Assembly (NCBI GenBank): GCA_048940445.1
Contig: JBHLON010000003.1
Span: 64,001 to 128,000 of the forward strand
DNA length: 64,000 bases
Origin: Promethearchaeota archaeon
GTDB lineage: Archaea; Asgardarchaeota; Lokiarchaeia; Sigyniarchaeales; SOKP01
Reading direction: 5' to 3'
Of this stretch, positions 1-9,457 are shown piece after piece. The stretch's first letter is position 1. Every line of letters starts with the position of its first letter. A program made the position numbers and the translations under genes. Below the pieces are notes generated by a model, which saw only the letters and a program-made list of their open reading frames with translations, did no database searches and had not been told where the DNA came from.

Positions 1-33
1 GTCACAGATGAGTATCTTGTCTGTGCATGAAAG

Positions 34-777
34 TTCGCGCTCCATCATTTAGGTGGGTATTCCAGCTGGGGTTCAAAGCCAGGCATTAAGTGGGTCAACG
101 GGCAAGTAGAGGCAGAGTCAGGTTCGGGTATCGTGCCCTATTTTTTTGATCCTAAAAATAGTGTGAATGCGGTTCAATGGGCGATAGGTCTGGAGTTGAT
201 GCTTCTGATAAAGGATCCGTTTCAAATTGGCTTTTCCACTGATCATCCAAACGGAGCGCCCTTTACCACTTATCCGATGGCGTTCAAATGGTTGATGGAT
301 CGAAAAAGTCGAGACGAGATGCTCAAGAATTCGGTCCATAAGAAGGCAAGTACAGCATCGACTTTATCTGATCTTGATAGAGAATTATCGCTCTACGAGC
401 TTGCAATTGTCACACGAGCCGGTACTTCGAAGATTCTTGGGATGAGGGATCGCGGTCATCTGGGTGTGGGAGCTCTTGGAGACGTTTCGGTATATAAATT
501 AAACCCAAATAACTATACGGGACATGATATTGAGAAGGCGTTTAGTTCGACAGCATACACAATTAAAGAAGGCACAATCGTGGTAAAGGATGGGGAAATC
601 ACGGCAGCTCCAATGGGAACTTTACTGCGTGCTGAAGGCACACTAAAGGAGAATCTTATGGAGGAGATGCTTGATGACGTGCGCCATAGCTGGAGAGACC
701 ATTATAGCATAAACTTCAATAACTATGCGGTTCAGGATGCTTACGCACCAAAAGAGAAAGTATTCAGAGGAAATTAA
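34..777 (+). CDS. fwdA: formylmethanofuran dehydrogenase subunit A, 3' part; frame interrupted upstream of ~nt 33
   Basis: KWVNGQVEAESGSGIVPY, VQWAIGLEL, STDHPNGAPF and GHLGVGALGD motifs. Homology extends upstream of the called start (133) to about nt 34; in-frame TGA at 28-30. Confidence 0.9.
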   Translation, partial: FALHHLGGYSSWGSKPGIKWVNGQVEAESGSGIVPYFFDPKNSVNAVQWAIGLELMLLIKDPFQIGFSTDHPNGAPFTTYPMAFKWLMDRKSRDEMLKNSVHKKASTASTLSDLDRELSLYELAIVTRAGTSKILGMRDRGHLGVGALGDVSVYKLNPNNYTGHDIEKAFSSTAYTIKEGTIVVKDGEITAAPMGTLLRAEGTLKENLMEEMLDDVRHSWRDHYSINFNNYAVQDAYAPKEKVFRGN

Positions 778-786
778 TTTTTTCTT

Positions 787-2607
787 TTATTTTTTTCTAT
801 TTAGGAATTCAACTTTATTATTTGTTTTCCAATATCCATTCGGTGGCATCTTAATATTCCATTCGCTTCTTAATTTGTGAAATGTACTTTTTGATGTAGA
901 AAAGCGATCAACCAATTCATAATTACGATATTGATATACTAGATCTTGAAGCTCTTGTTTATTGATACCCAAGTTTTTAAGTTTCATCTTTAAGTTTTCA
1001 AATGCTACACGTGATTCCGAAAAATGTTTATCTTTTCTTTCTAATACTTTAATGTTTGATTTTTTACATAGATTTGTCATTTTATTAAAATATTTTGCCC
1101 CAACAAATAAAGAATATTGAGCTTGTTGCAAGTGTATCTTTCCACTTTTATCTTTATAGTATTTTGATTCAATAGTTCTTAAAATTGAATTATCTACATT
1201 CAATGCATGTTTCATTCTAACTAAGAATTGTTTGGAGGTAGAACAGATACGGGTAGTTCCACTAAATCCATCTCCATCATAATAACCTCGGATATAACCC
1301 ATTAATAATTCTTTTTTTGAATTCATATTAACTCCTTTTGGAATATCTTGTTTATAAAATTTTGGTAGTGATTTTCTTTTTGCCTTTGAAGAGCTGAAAC
1401 CTTGTAATTCCAGATCTTTAGCAATTTTATTATTTACAAAATTTAAATAAGCGTAATTATGGGATTTTCCCGTTTTATAATGATTTCTGGTTCTATATCT
1501 GATACGATTTTTATCTATTCCTATGTCTTGACATAATCTTTTTATTAGGACATCATCTTTTTTTGATAATTCTATGAAGATAACTTTCTTAGGAGTTTTT
1601 CTTTTGGTTTTAATTCCATTTTTGTAATAATGTTTCTTAGTCATAACACTTCCATCAGCCATCAAAAATCCGAGCCAATAAGCTTTTTGAAGAGTATTGA
1701 TTTTGTTAAAATAGTTTATTTTCAAGTTGGGTTTATGCAAGTGCCATTGTTGGCAAGACTTATCTTTTAAGTCAGTATGGTGGCTAACATAACTGTTAAT
1801 ATGATTAACAAGGTTTTTAGCTTTCTCATTTGGAAAGTTAGATTGTATATTTTTTATGAATCTATTCAGAATTTCTTTAGAGAATTTATATATTGGATTA
1901 TATAGTTTAGAATTTGGATTAAATCTTGGCATTATAGCTTGTTGGATGTAATCATATCCTTTCTTGCTGTTGATGTCATAAATATATTTGCTTAATTTCC
2001 AGTAAGATAATTCATCACGGTATTTTTCGTTTGGGACGAGTTTTCCGACTTCTTTTCGTAGTTTTTCGACGAGCCATAAGGTTGAGTACTTGGGGAGTAT
2101 ATTTCCTTGTTTATCTTTTATGATATCGTTATTATGTTGTTTTGTAGAGGAGGGTTGTTTTATTTCATTATTTTTGGAGAATTTTTTATAGAGAAGGGCA
2201 TCTTTGGGGTTAATAATTTTATTTTTTGATTTAATATTGTTGGTTAGCTGTGGTGGTTGGATTTTGTTGAAACTTGGATGTTTAAGTTCGGATTTGTTCT
2301 TGGAAGGTTTGTTGGGAGAGATTAAGATTCCTTTGGGTATTTTTAGTTTGGGGATACCTTTTGGATCAAGCCCCCAGCATTTGGGAGGTGGGGATATATC
2401 ATTAATTTTGGGGTTGAGAATATCTTCTGGTGAGACTATTCTTGGATCAAGAATTTTGTTGTACTGAGGCGTGGTATAAGAACCAGATGGGTATTTAGGA
2501 TGAGTTATTTTATTATGGGGGGTGTCTTCCTCCTGGATTTCAGGGTTGTGGAGTTCTTCTTTGATATCTTTTTTCGGGGATTGTGATTTACATTTACATT
2601 TTTCCAT
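787..2607 (-). mobile_element. free-standing double-motif LAGLIDADG homing endonuclease-like gene with a Pro/Lys-rich low-complexity N-terminus and a C-terminal HTH-like tail
   Basis: Motifs KAYWLGFLMADGSV and GYIRGYYDGDGF; C-terminal PPNGYW; very Lys-rich. Confidence 0.8.
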
Positions 2608-2753
2608 TTTAATTATTTATTGTGATAATTATTCTTGAGAGTTGATTAGGAGTAGATCTATTTAAATGAAAAATCGTGAAATGAGGATAGAGAATATTTA
2701 ATAGTGATACCATCATTTTGAAATATGTTAGCCGATATGGTAAATCTTTTTAG

Positions 2754-3662
2754 GTGGTTGTTGTCGGTTTGATTTTAAATATGATTGTCTTAATTTCATC
2801 ATCTATTTATATTATATTTTTATTTTGGAAAAAAACCAGTACAAAGAACCAGAAACGAGGAAAGTATGATCTTTTTATAAAGAAACTCCAAAAGAAACTA
2901 ATATATAGACCAGATAGTCATATTCTATGGGATAATTTAGGTCTTGCTTATTATGTGAGCGGAGAATTAAATCTTGCGTGTGATGCTTATAAAAAAGCTC
3001 TTGAGACTAGCGAAGATTCAAGGTCTGCTTTACTAGGGATAAGTGATGTTTATGTGGCAATGGAGGAATTTGAATTAGCTTTAGAGTTTTGCTATCAAGC
3101 TTTTAAGGGTAAAGCGGAGATGAAGATTGATGCAACTACAATGGATATGATGGAGCAAGCATTAGTAAAACCTTATATAGGAGATGAACATATTTGGCAT
3201 ACTCTTAGTTCCATTTATGCGAAGATGGAAGATTATGAACAAGCAATCACTGCAGCGGAAAAAGCCTTAGAGATTAATCCTAAATTAAAAGAATCCTGGT
3301 TAATATTAGCATCAATCTATAACAATATTGGTGAACATGATAAAGCTATCGATGCTGCTGAAAAGGCATTAGAGATTGATGCTAAGGAGTATCTTGCATT
3401 GGGGCATAAGGGGTATGCTTATTATAAAAAAGGAAATAAAGACTCGGCATTTGAATTATTGAATAAAGCAATCTCTCTCAATCCGAAATCTGCACATCTT
3501 TGGTATCTATCAGCTGTAATCAATTTAAACATGAAAAATTATGATAAGGCTCTTGAGGCTGTTGATATTAGTTTACATTACAGATCTCATGACAAAGTAA
3601 TACAGAAACTTCGAAAGGAAATTATTGATTTAAGATTGAAAGATTTGGCGAGCAAGGCTTAA
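2754..3662 (+). CDS. membrane-anchored TPR protein
   Basis: N-terminal hydrophobic helix; repeated W..LG/A..A.EKALEI.P TPR units. Confidence 0.85.
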   Translation: MVVVGLILNMIVLISSSIYIIFLFWKKTSTKNQKRGKYDLFIKKLQKKLIYRPDSHILWDNLGLAYYVSGELNLACDAYKKALETSEDSRSALLGISDVYVAMEEFELALEFCYQAFKGKAEMKIDATTMDMMEQALVKPYIGDEHIWHTLSSIYAKMEDYEQAITAAEKALEINPKLKESWLILASIYNNIGEHDKAIDAAEKALEIDAKEYLALGHKGYAYYKKGNKDSAFELLNKAISLNPKSAHLWYLSAVINLNMKNYDKALEAVDISLHYRSHDKVIQKLRKEIIDLRLKDLASKA

Positions 3663-3909
3663 CAACTTGTTTAAAGCGGACTATCTAAGATTTTAGTAAT
3701 ATATTCTTCTCTGGTGGCACTATTGAAAAGTAAGGCATATTACTTTTTTGATTTTTAGAATAATTTAGTTCATTTTCATAGAGAGTATCGTAACATTTGT
3801 TTGGTCATGTCCTAAACCTAATAATCAAAGGTTTTTTGTATTCGAAATGTTTTAAATTAAAAGTAAAATTTCAACCTAATAGAATACTAGAAAGAATTTT
3901 AATTTTAAA

Positions 3910-5184
3910 ATGGTAAGAGAACGTATATTTTGGCAACTTTTTGGTAAACGATTAGTGAGTTATAAAGAACTTGAGAATGGGGAAATAGTAGGTACTGGAT
4001 TTTTAAACCCAATTATAGATAGATTTCGCCTAATAATTATGCTTATTTTTCAGACTAACTATTATAAAAATTATAACTTGGGTCAATGGCGTGGAAAAAG
4101 AGTCGCAAATACATTTTCCCCCCCAATAGGCAGTCGAGCTATGTTCCGAGCTATAAAGAACGTGATTAGAGGAAAAATATTAAGACATGCTCGACCGATT
4201 GCTATGACATTTGCAGTTACGTATAAATGCCAATGCAATTGTGTCCATTGTAGTGCAGGGAAGTTTCAAAAAGTAAACATTCCTGAATTAAGTACAGAGG
4301 AGGCAAAAAGGGTAATTGAAGAAAGCCAAAAGCTTGGAGTATCAATCATAGCTTTTACAGGTGGCGAACCTTTATTACGTAAAGATATTTTTGAGTTGAT
4401 CTCACATGTCAATCAAAAAAAGACAGTTCCGATACTATTTACTAATGGCTTACTTCTTACTCAAGAGAATGTAGATAAATTATCTAAAGCAGGATTATAC
4501 TCCCTCTTTGTAAGCATAGATAGTCCAGTTCCAGATGAACATAATAAATTAAGAGGTATGATTGGTCTTTTTGAAACAGCTATAGAAGGAATTAAACGCG
4601 CGAAAGAGATAGGTATATTTGTTGGATTTTCATCCTATGCTACGCAATCATCTACTAAAGCAGGAAAGTATAAAGAAATTCATGAACTCGCAAAAAAATT
4701 GGGATTACATAATGTGATGTTATTTGATGGTGTTCCAACTGGAAAAATCTTGAAAGATACAAGAGAACTTCTAACAGTGGAGCAACATGAAGAAATTCGT
4801 GAATTTTCATCAAGATTACATAAAAGTAAAATTGTTCCCCCGCTCTCTTCACAATCTTGGCAAAATTCTATTGAATCTTATCTTGCAGGTGTTGGATGTT
4901 TAGCAGCATATATTCAATACTATATCACAGCATATGGGGAGGTAACTCCATGTGACTTTACTCCTTTATCATTTGGTAATATTCGTGATGAACCTTTAAA
5001 GAAAATTTGGATAAAGATGATCCATCATCCCGTTTATAGACATCGAGTAACTGCTTGTAGAATGCAGAATGCAAAATTTCGCTACTTTTATATTGATCCA
5101 ATTCCTGATGAGGTTAAACTTCCATATGATATCAATAAACTTCCAGCGGTAGATTACCGAAAAGAACAAATTCCTAATAATTAA
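3910..5184 (+). CDS. radical SAM protein with SPASM/twitch domain
   Basis: CQCNCVHC, FTGGEPLLR and GCLAA...YITAYGEVTPC motifs. Confidence 0.9.
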   Translation: MVRERIFWQLFGKRLVSYKELENGEIVGTGFLNPIIDRFRLIIMLIFQTNYYKNYNLGQWRGKRVANTFSPPIGSRAMFRAIKNVIRGKILRHARPIAMTFAVTYKCQCNCVHCSAGKFQKVNIPELSTEEAKRVIEESQKLGVSIIAFTGGEPLLRKDIFELISHVNQKKTVPILFTNGLLLTQENVDKLSKAGLYSLFVSIDSPVPDEHNKLRGMIGLFETAIEGIKRAKEIGIFVGFSSYATQSSTKAGKYKEIHELAKKLGLHNVMLFDGVPTGKILKDTRELLTVEQHEEIREFSSRLHKSKIVPPLSSQSWQNSIESYLAGVGCLAAYIQYYITAYGEVTPCDFTPLSFGNIRDEPLKKIWIKMIHHPVYRHRVTACRMQNAKFRYFYIDPIPDEVKLPYDINKLPAVDYRKEQIPNN

Positions 5185-5228
5185 TTATATTACTTAAAAA
5201 TCAAGGTTAATTATCAAAATACAATTTA
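5131..5228 (+). repeat. direct repeat, copy 1 (3' end of radical SAM gene plus downstream DNA)
   Basis: 5131-5166 matches 8006-8041 at 35/36 nt; similarity continues for ~100 bp. Confidence 0.9.
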
Positions 5229-5346
5229 CACATGATAAGCACAAATCCTAAAAAACTTTAAATGCAAATATCTTTAATTTCAATTTTTATTTGATTAATT
5301 TTATTTTTTTAAAAGAAAAATGGGAACAAAAAAAAATAAATAATGA

Positions 5347-7821
5347 TTAATCTATTTTTTTCTTTCTATGTCTTACTATTGATAAAACTGCTATACTTAT
5401 CACAGCAGCTACACTAATAATATAAATTAAAATAATCAGTTCGATTGGAACTCCGCTGGTTCCTTGACCATACATGCAATCACCATTATTGCTAAAAGAA
5501 TTTCCTTGGCAAAATTGTTCAACGATACATTCATTATTTCCTATTAACGTATTTCCCGAAATTGTATTATAATTACTGCGATATAAGGATATCCCGAAAT
5601 TATTTTCATTGGCAGTATTACCCTGGATAGTGTTATAATAACTGTAAAATAATTCTATCCCATTAAAAGGGTTATTATTTGCGGTGTTTCCTGAAACTGT
5701 GTTATAATAACTGGAAATTAATTCTATCCCATTAAAAGAGTTATTATTTGCGGTGTTTCCTGAAACTGTGTTATAATAGCTGTAAAATAAGATTATCCCA
5801 CTAAGAAAGTTATTATTTGCGAAGTTTCCTGAAATGTCGGAACTATTACAACCTATTAGACAAATACCATAATCATTGTTATTTGCAATGTTTCCCGAAA
5901 TGGTGTTATGATCACAACGTACTAGGTTTATCCCATAAAGATTATTATCTACAGTGTTTCCCAAGAGGGTATTGTTATAAGAATAGTATAATGAAATTGC
6001 ATTAGTACTATAAGAAATCTCCAAGTCTCTTATTAATGAATCATTGCAATTGACCAGTATAACTTGTCCAGCATCAAAAAAATCGTCTGATCTTAAATTT
6101 TTTTCATTAACATAATAATATAATGGTTTTCCATTCACTAGATTTGTAGTGCTAATATCTTGGGAACTCAAAAGTTCAACTGAACCCTCAATAATTAATC
6201 CACATTTATTCATAATATTTCCTGAAACTGTGGTATGATTATTTGAGTATAAGACTATTCCATATGAGCTATCATCTATGATGTTTCCCGAAATGGCGGT
6301 ATGATCACATTTTTCCATTCGTATCCCATATTGATTGTTATTTGCGTTGTTTCCTGAAACTGTGATATGATTATTTGAGAATAAGTCTATTCCATCTGTG
6401 TTATCATCTATGATGTTTCCCGAAATGATGGTATGATTACAGCCTTCCAGTTGTATCCCATCGTTATTATCATTTACAGTGTTTCCCGAAATAGCGGAAT
6501 TATTACTACTCAATAGATAAATACCAAAAAAGGCATTATCATTTGCGTTGTTTCCCGAAATAATGGAATTATTACTATTTAATAGAAAAATACCAAGGGT
6601 ATTGTTATTTACGATGTTTCCTAAAACAGTGATATTAACGCTATTTATTAAAGAGACACCGTAATAATTGCAACTTGCGTTGTTTCCCGAAATGGTGGTA
6701 TAATTACTCTCAGATAAAGGTATCCCAAATAGATTATTATTTGCGATATTTCCCGAAATAGTGGAATTGTTACTATCTAATAGATAAATACCATTAGTAT
6801 TGTTATTTACGATGTTTCCGAAAACAGTGATATTAACGCTATTTATTAAAGAGATACCATAATAATTGTTATTTGCAGTATTACTCAAAATGTTAATATC
6901 ATTACATGACCTTATGTCGAATCCATTATTATTACTATTTGCTATATTTCCTGAAATTGTAATGTTAGTACAATAAGAGACTGAAAATCCTATAGCAATA
7001 TGAGAAACACTCAAGTTTGATACCAATGAATTATGACAATTGATCAGTATCACTTGCCCTCCATTTATAAAATCGTTCAATCCCAAATTAATTTCATTAA
7101 TGTAATAATATATTGGTTTATCATTCACTAAATTTGTGGTGTCTATTCTATTTGGTAATATTCCCTCCCACAACCTAATTCCACAATTAATCATTTTATT
7201 ACCTGAAATCGTGTTATTAATACTATAGTATAAATTTATCCCCATATAGTTGTTATTTAAAGCGTTTTCTGAAATTATATTATTGTTACTATTGAATAAA
7301 TTTATCCCATCATTATTATCATTTACACTGTTTCCAGAGATCGTATTATTAATACTAAAGATTAAAGTTATTGCTGTATCAAAATTATTACTCACGTTAT
7401 TGTTCATTATTAGTCCATTCGTAACGTTACTTAAATAAATACCTGAACCAACAGCATAATTTCCTGAATTATGTAATGTACAATTTTTAATTATAAAAGA
7501 TACATTAGAGTTTTGAATCAAGATACAATTTCCTAGACCACCTCCATCTATCTCCACATCTTCTATAACAAAGGGCTCTGAGTAAGTGCCATTCCCAGTA
7601 CATATTCCAGTATTTTTAGCCACAAACCAATTAGAACTTGGATCATTATCATCAATATAAATTGGGGGGGATAAAGCTGAAATTTTAAAATTTTCATGAT
7701 CTGAATTAATATATTCTCTAAAATCTGAAATTTCATAATTAAAACTAAAGGAAATCATTGGTGAAAAAAGGAAAAGGATACCTAAAATAATTAAGACTAT
7801 TTCATCGTGATTTGATTTCAT
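5347..7821 (-). CDS. NosD/right-handed parallel beta-helix surface protein with signal peptide and C-terminal TM anchor
   Basis: Many ISGN..NNN..GI.L repeats. Start moved to ATG 7821 (MKSNHDE) by analogy with the paralogue's MKSNTKS. Confidence 0.85.
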   Translation of the reverse strand: MKSNHDEIVLIILGILFLFSPMISFSFNYEISDFREYINSDHENFKISALSPPIYIDDNDPSSNWFVAKNTGICTGNGTYSEPFVIEDVEIDGGGLGNCILIQNSNVSFIIKNCTLHNSGNYAVGSGIYLSNVTNGLIMNNNVSNNFDTAITLIFSINNTISGNSVNDNNDGINLFNSNNNIISENALNNNYMGINLYYSINNTISGNKMINCGIRLWEGILPNRIDTTNLVNDKPIYYYINEINLGLNDFINGGQVILINCHNSLVSNLSVSHIAIGFSVSYCTNITISGNIANSNNNGFDIRSCNDINILSNTANNNYYGISLINSVNITVFGNIVNNNTNGIYLLDSNNSTISGNIANNNLFGIPLSESNYTTISGNNASCNYYGVSLINSVNITVLGNIVNNNTLGIFLLNSNNSIISGNNANDNAFFGIYLLSSNNSAISGNTVNDNNDGIQLEGCNHTIISGNIIDDNTDGIDLFSNNHITVSGNNANNNQYGIRMEKCDHTAISGNIIDDSSYGIVLYSNNHTTVSGNIMNKCGLIIEGSVELLSSQDISTTNLVNGKPLYYYVNEKNLRSDDFFDAGQVILVNCNDSLIRDLEISYSTNAISLYYSYNNTLLGNTVDNNLYGINLVRCDHNTISGNIANNNDYGICLIGCNSSDISGNFANNNFLSGIILFYSYYNTVSGNTANNNSFNGIELISSYYNTVSGNTANNNPFNGIELFYSYYNTIQGNTANENNFGISLYRSNYNTISGNTLIGNNECIVEQFCQGNSFSNNGDCMYGQGTSGVPIELIILIYIISVAAVISIAVLSIVRHRKKKID
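5630..5790. repeat. intragenic 69-bp near-perfect tandem repeat (23-aa beta-helix rung)
   Basis: Unit tgttataata... starts at 5631, 5700 and 5769. Confidence 0.85.
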
Positions 7822-8005
7822 ATCAGTTTCGCTAATATAATTTTTTTTAGAACTAAAATATATTTTAAAGCTTTCCTTTATAAAGCTTTGTTTCAATTAT
7901 AGGGGTAAATTTTTATTCAGGTAAGCTAAAAATTGTTTGAAAGCTCTATTAATTCAAAAGCCATTATTGAAGCTAATTCCTAATGGTGTTATATTTCTAT
8001 ATAAC

Positions 8006-8102
8006 ATCAATAAACTTCCAGTGGTAGATTACCGAAAAGAAGTAATTCCTAATTCTTAATTAAATTACTTTAAAATCACGAAAGTTATTAAAAGACAATT
8101 TA
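8006..8102 (+). repeat. direct repeat, copy 2 (non-coding copy of the radical SAM 3' end)
   Basis: atcaataaacttccagtggtagattaccgaaaagaa matches 5131-5166. Confidence 0.9.
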
Positions 8103-8120
8103 AGGATATACTGAAAAATT

Positions 8121-9212
8121 TTATGTACAATTATCTTTAATTTCAAAATTCTTTTTTTTTATATAGATTATAATTACTATGATTGAAAGTGTACTAAATA
8201 AAAAGATTAAGCTATACCCTGAAATTAATGGTGTTGATACTTGATCATATGTACAATCTCCATTATTACTAAAAGAATTTCCTTGGCACCTTTCTTCAGA
8301 GATGCATTCATTATTTCCTATTAAAGTATTTCCCGAAACTATGTTAAAATCACTATATGATAAATATATTCCACGATCATTGTTATTGGCGGTGTTTCCC
8401 GAAATTATGTTAAAATCACTATAGGAGAAAAATAACCCACGATCATTATTATTGGCGGTGTTTCCCGAAATGATGTTATTATGACTAAGTCCTAAATATA
8501 TCCCCAGGCTATTGGAATTTACGATGTTTCCCGAAATGACATTGTCATAACAATTTATATGTAAATAGATTCCCCAATTAGTATTATTACTTACGATGTT
8601 TCCCGAAATAATGTTATTATTACAATTATCTAATTTTATCCCATAACCATTATTATTTGCAATGTTTCCTGACATAGTGATATTATTGCAATTTTCTAAA
8701 TAGAACCCATAACCATTATTATTCGCAATATTTCCTGACATGGTGATATTATTACAATTTTCTAAATAGAACCCATTAGCACTAAATATACAATAGTTAA
8801 TAACCAAATATCCTTCAATAACATTGTTCAGGTGAATACCTGAATTTGGATAAGGAAATCCTGCTGTGAGTGTACAATTTTCAATTTTAAAATAGACATC
8901 GGAATTCTCAATCAAAATACAAGTTCCTGATTCTCCACTATTTATTTCTAAATCCTCTATAACATAAGGCTCGGAATACGTACCATTTCCTGTACAGATT
9001 CCAGCAATCTTGGCAGTTGTCCAATTATTATTAATATGAATTTGTCCCGAAATTTTTGAAGGTTGCAAAATGTCAACATTTGAATTAAAATCATCATTAT
9101 AGCTTAAATTCTTGTTAGTACCTATAATATAACTAGAATTATTAAAAATTGATGGTAAAAAAGCAAAAATGAGTACTAAAATTATTAAGTTCGATTTTGT
9201 GTTTGATTTCAT
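8121..9212 (-). CDS. shorter NosD/beta-helix surface protein paralogue with C-terminal ISGY-TM-KKK sorting signal
   Basis: Shares GICTGNGTYSEP and CQGNSFSNNGDC with 5347-7821; 22-aa internal duplications. Confidence 0.85.
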   Translation of the reverse strand: MKSNTKSNLIILVLIFAFLPSIFNNSSYIIGTNKNLSYNDDFNSNVDILQPSKISGQIHINNNWTTAKIAGICTGNGTYSEPYVIEDLEINSGESGTCILIENSDVYFKIENCTLTAGFPYPNSGIHLNNVIEGYLVINYCIFSANGFYLENCNNITMSGNIANNNGYGFYLENCNNITMSGNIANNNGYGIKLDNCNNNIISGNIVSNNTNWGIYLHINCYDNVISGNIVNSNSLGIYLGLSHNNIISGNTANNNDRGLFFSYSDFNIISGNTANNNDRGIYLSYSDFNIVSGNTLIGNNECISEERCQGNSFSNNGDCTYDQVSTPLISGYSLIFLFSTLSIIVIIIYIKKKNFEIKDNCT

Positions 9213-9457
9213 AATAATTTCGCCAATATTTTTTTAAGATTCAAGTAAGATCAAGGAAAATTTCTTTAATATAATTTTGTTTCAACTGTTACAAATTATT
9301 ATTTATGATTAATATCATTAGGTTATTCATCATTATTTCATATACTAAATTCAGTTTTAATAGAAGTCTTAGTGTTTCTCTGAGTTTGATACTAAGTTTT
9401 ATATAGAATAAGAGTATTATTTTTTTTTATTAAAAAATAGAATTAAATTGAAATCTA

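Noticed and set aside
28-30. TGA read as Sec in fwdA
   Set aside because: The residues upstream of the TGA do not resemble FwdA, so read-through would not restore the protein.
787-2607. Intein
   Set aside because: No host exteins, no N-terminal Hint block and no C-terminal His-Asn.
5131-8102. DGR template/variable repeat pair
   Set aside because: Mismatches are not confined to template adenines, the repeat extends into non-coding DNA, and no reverse transcriptase is present; tandem duplication explains it.
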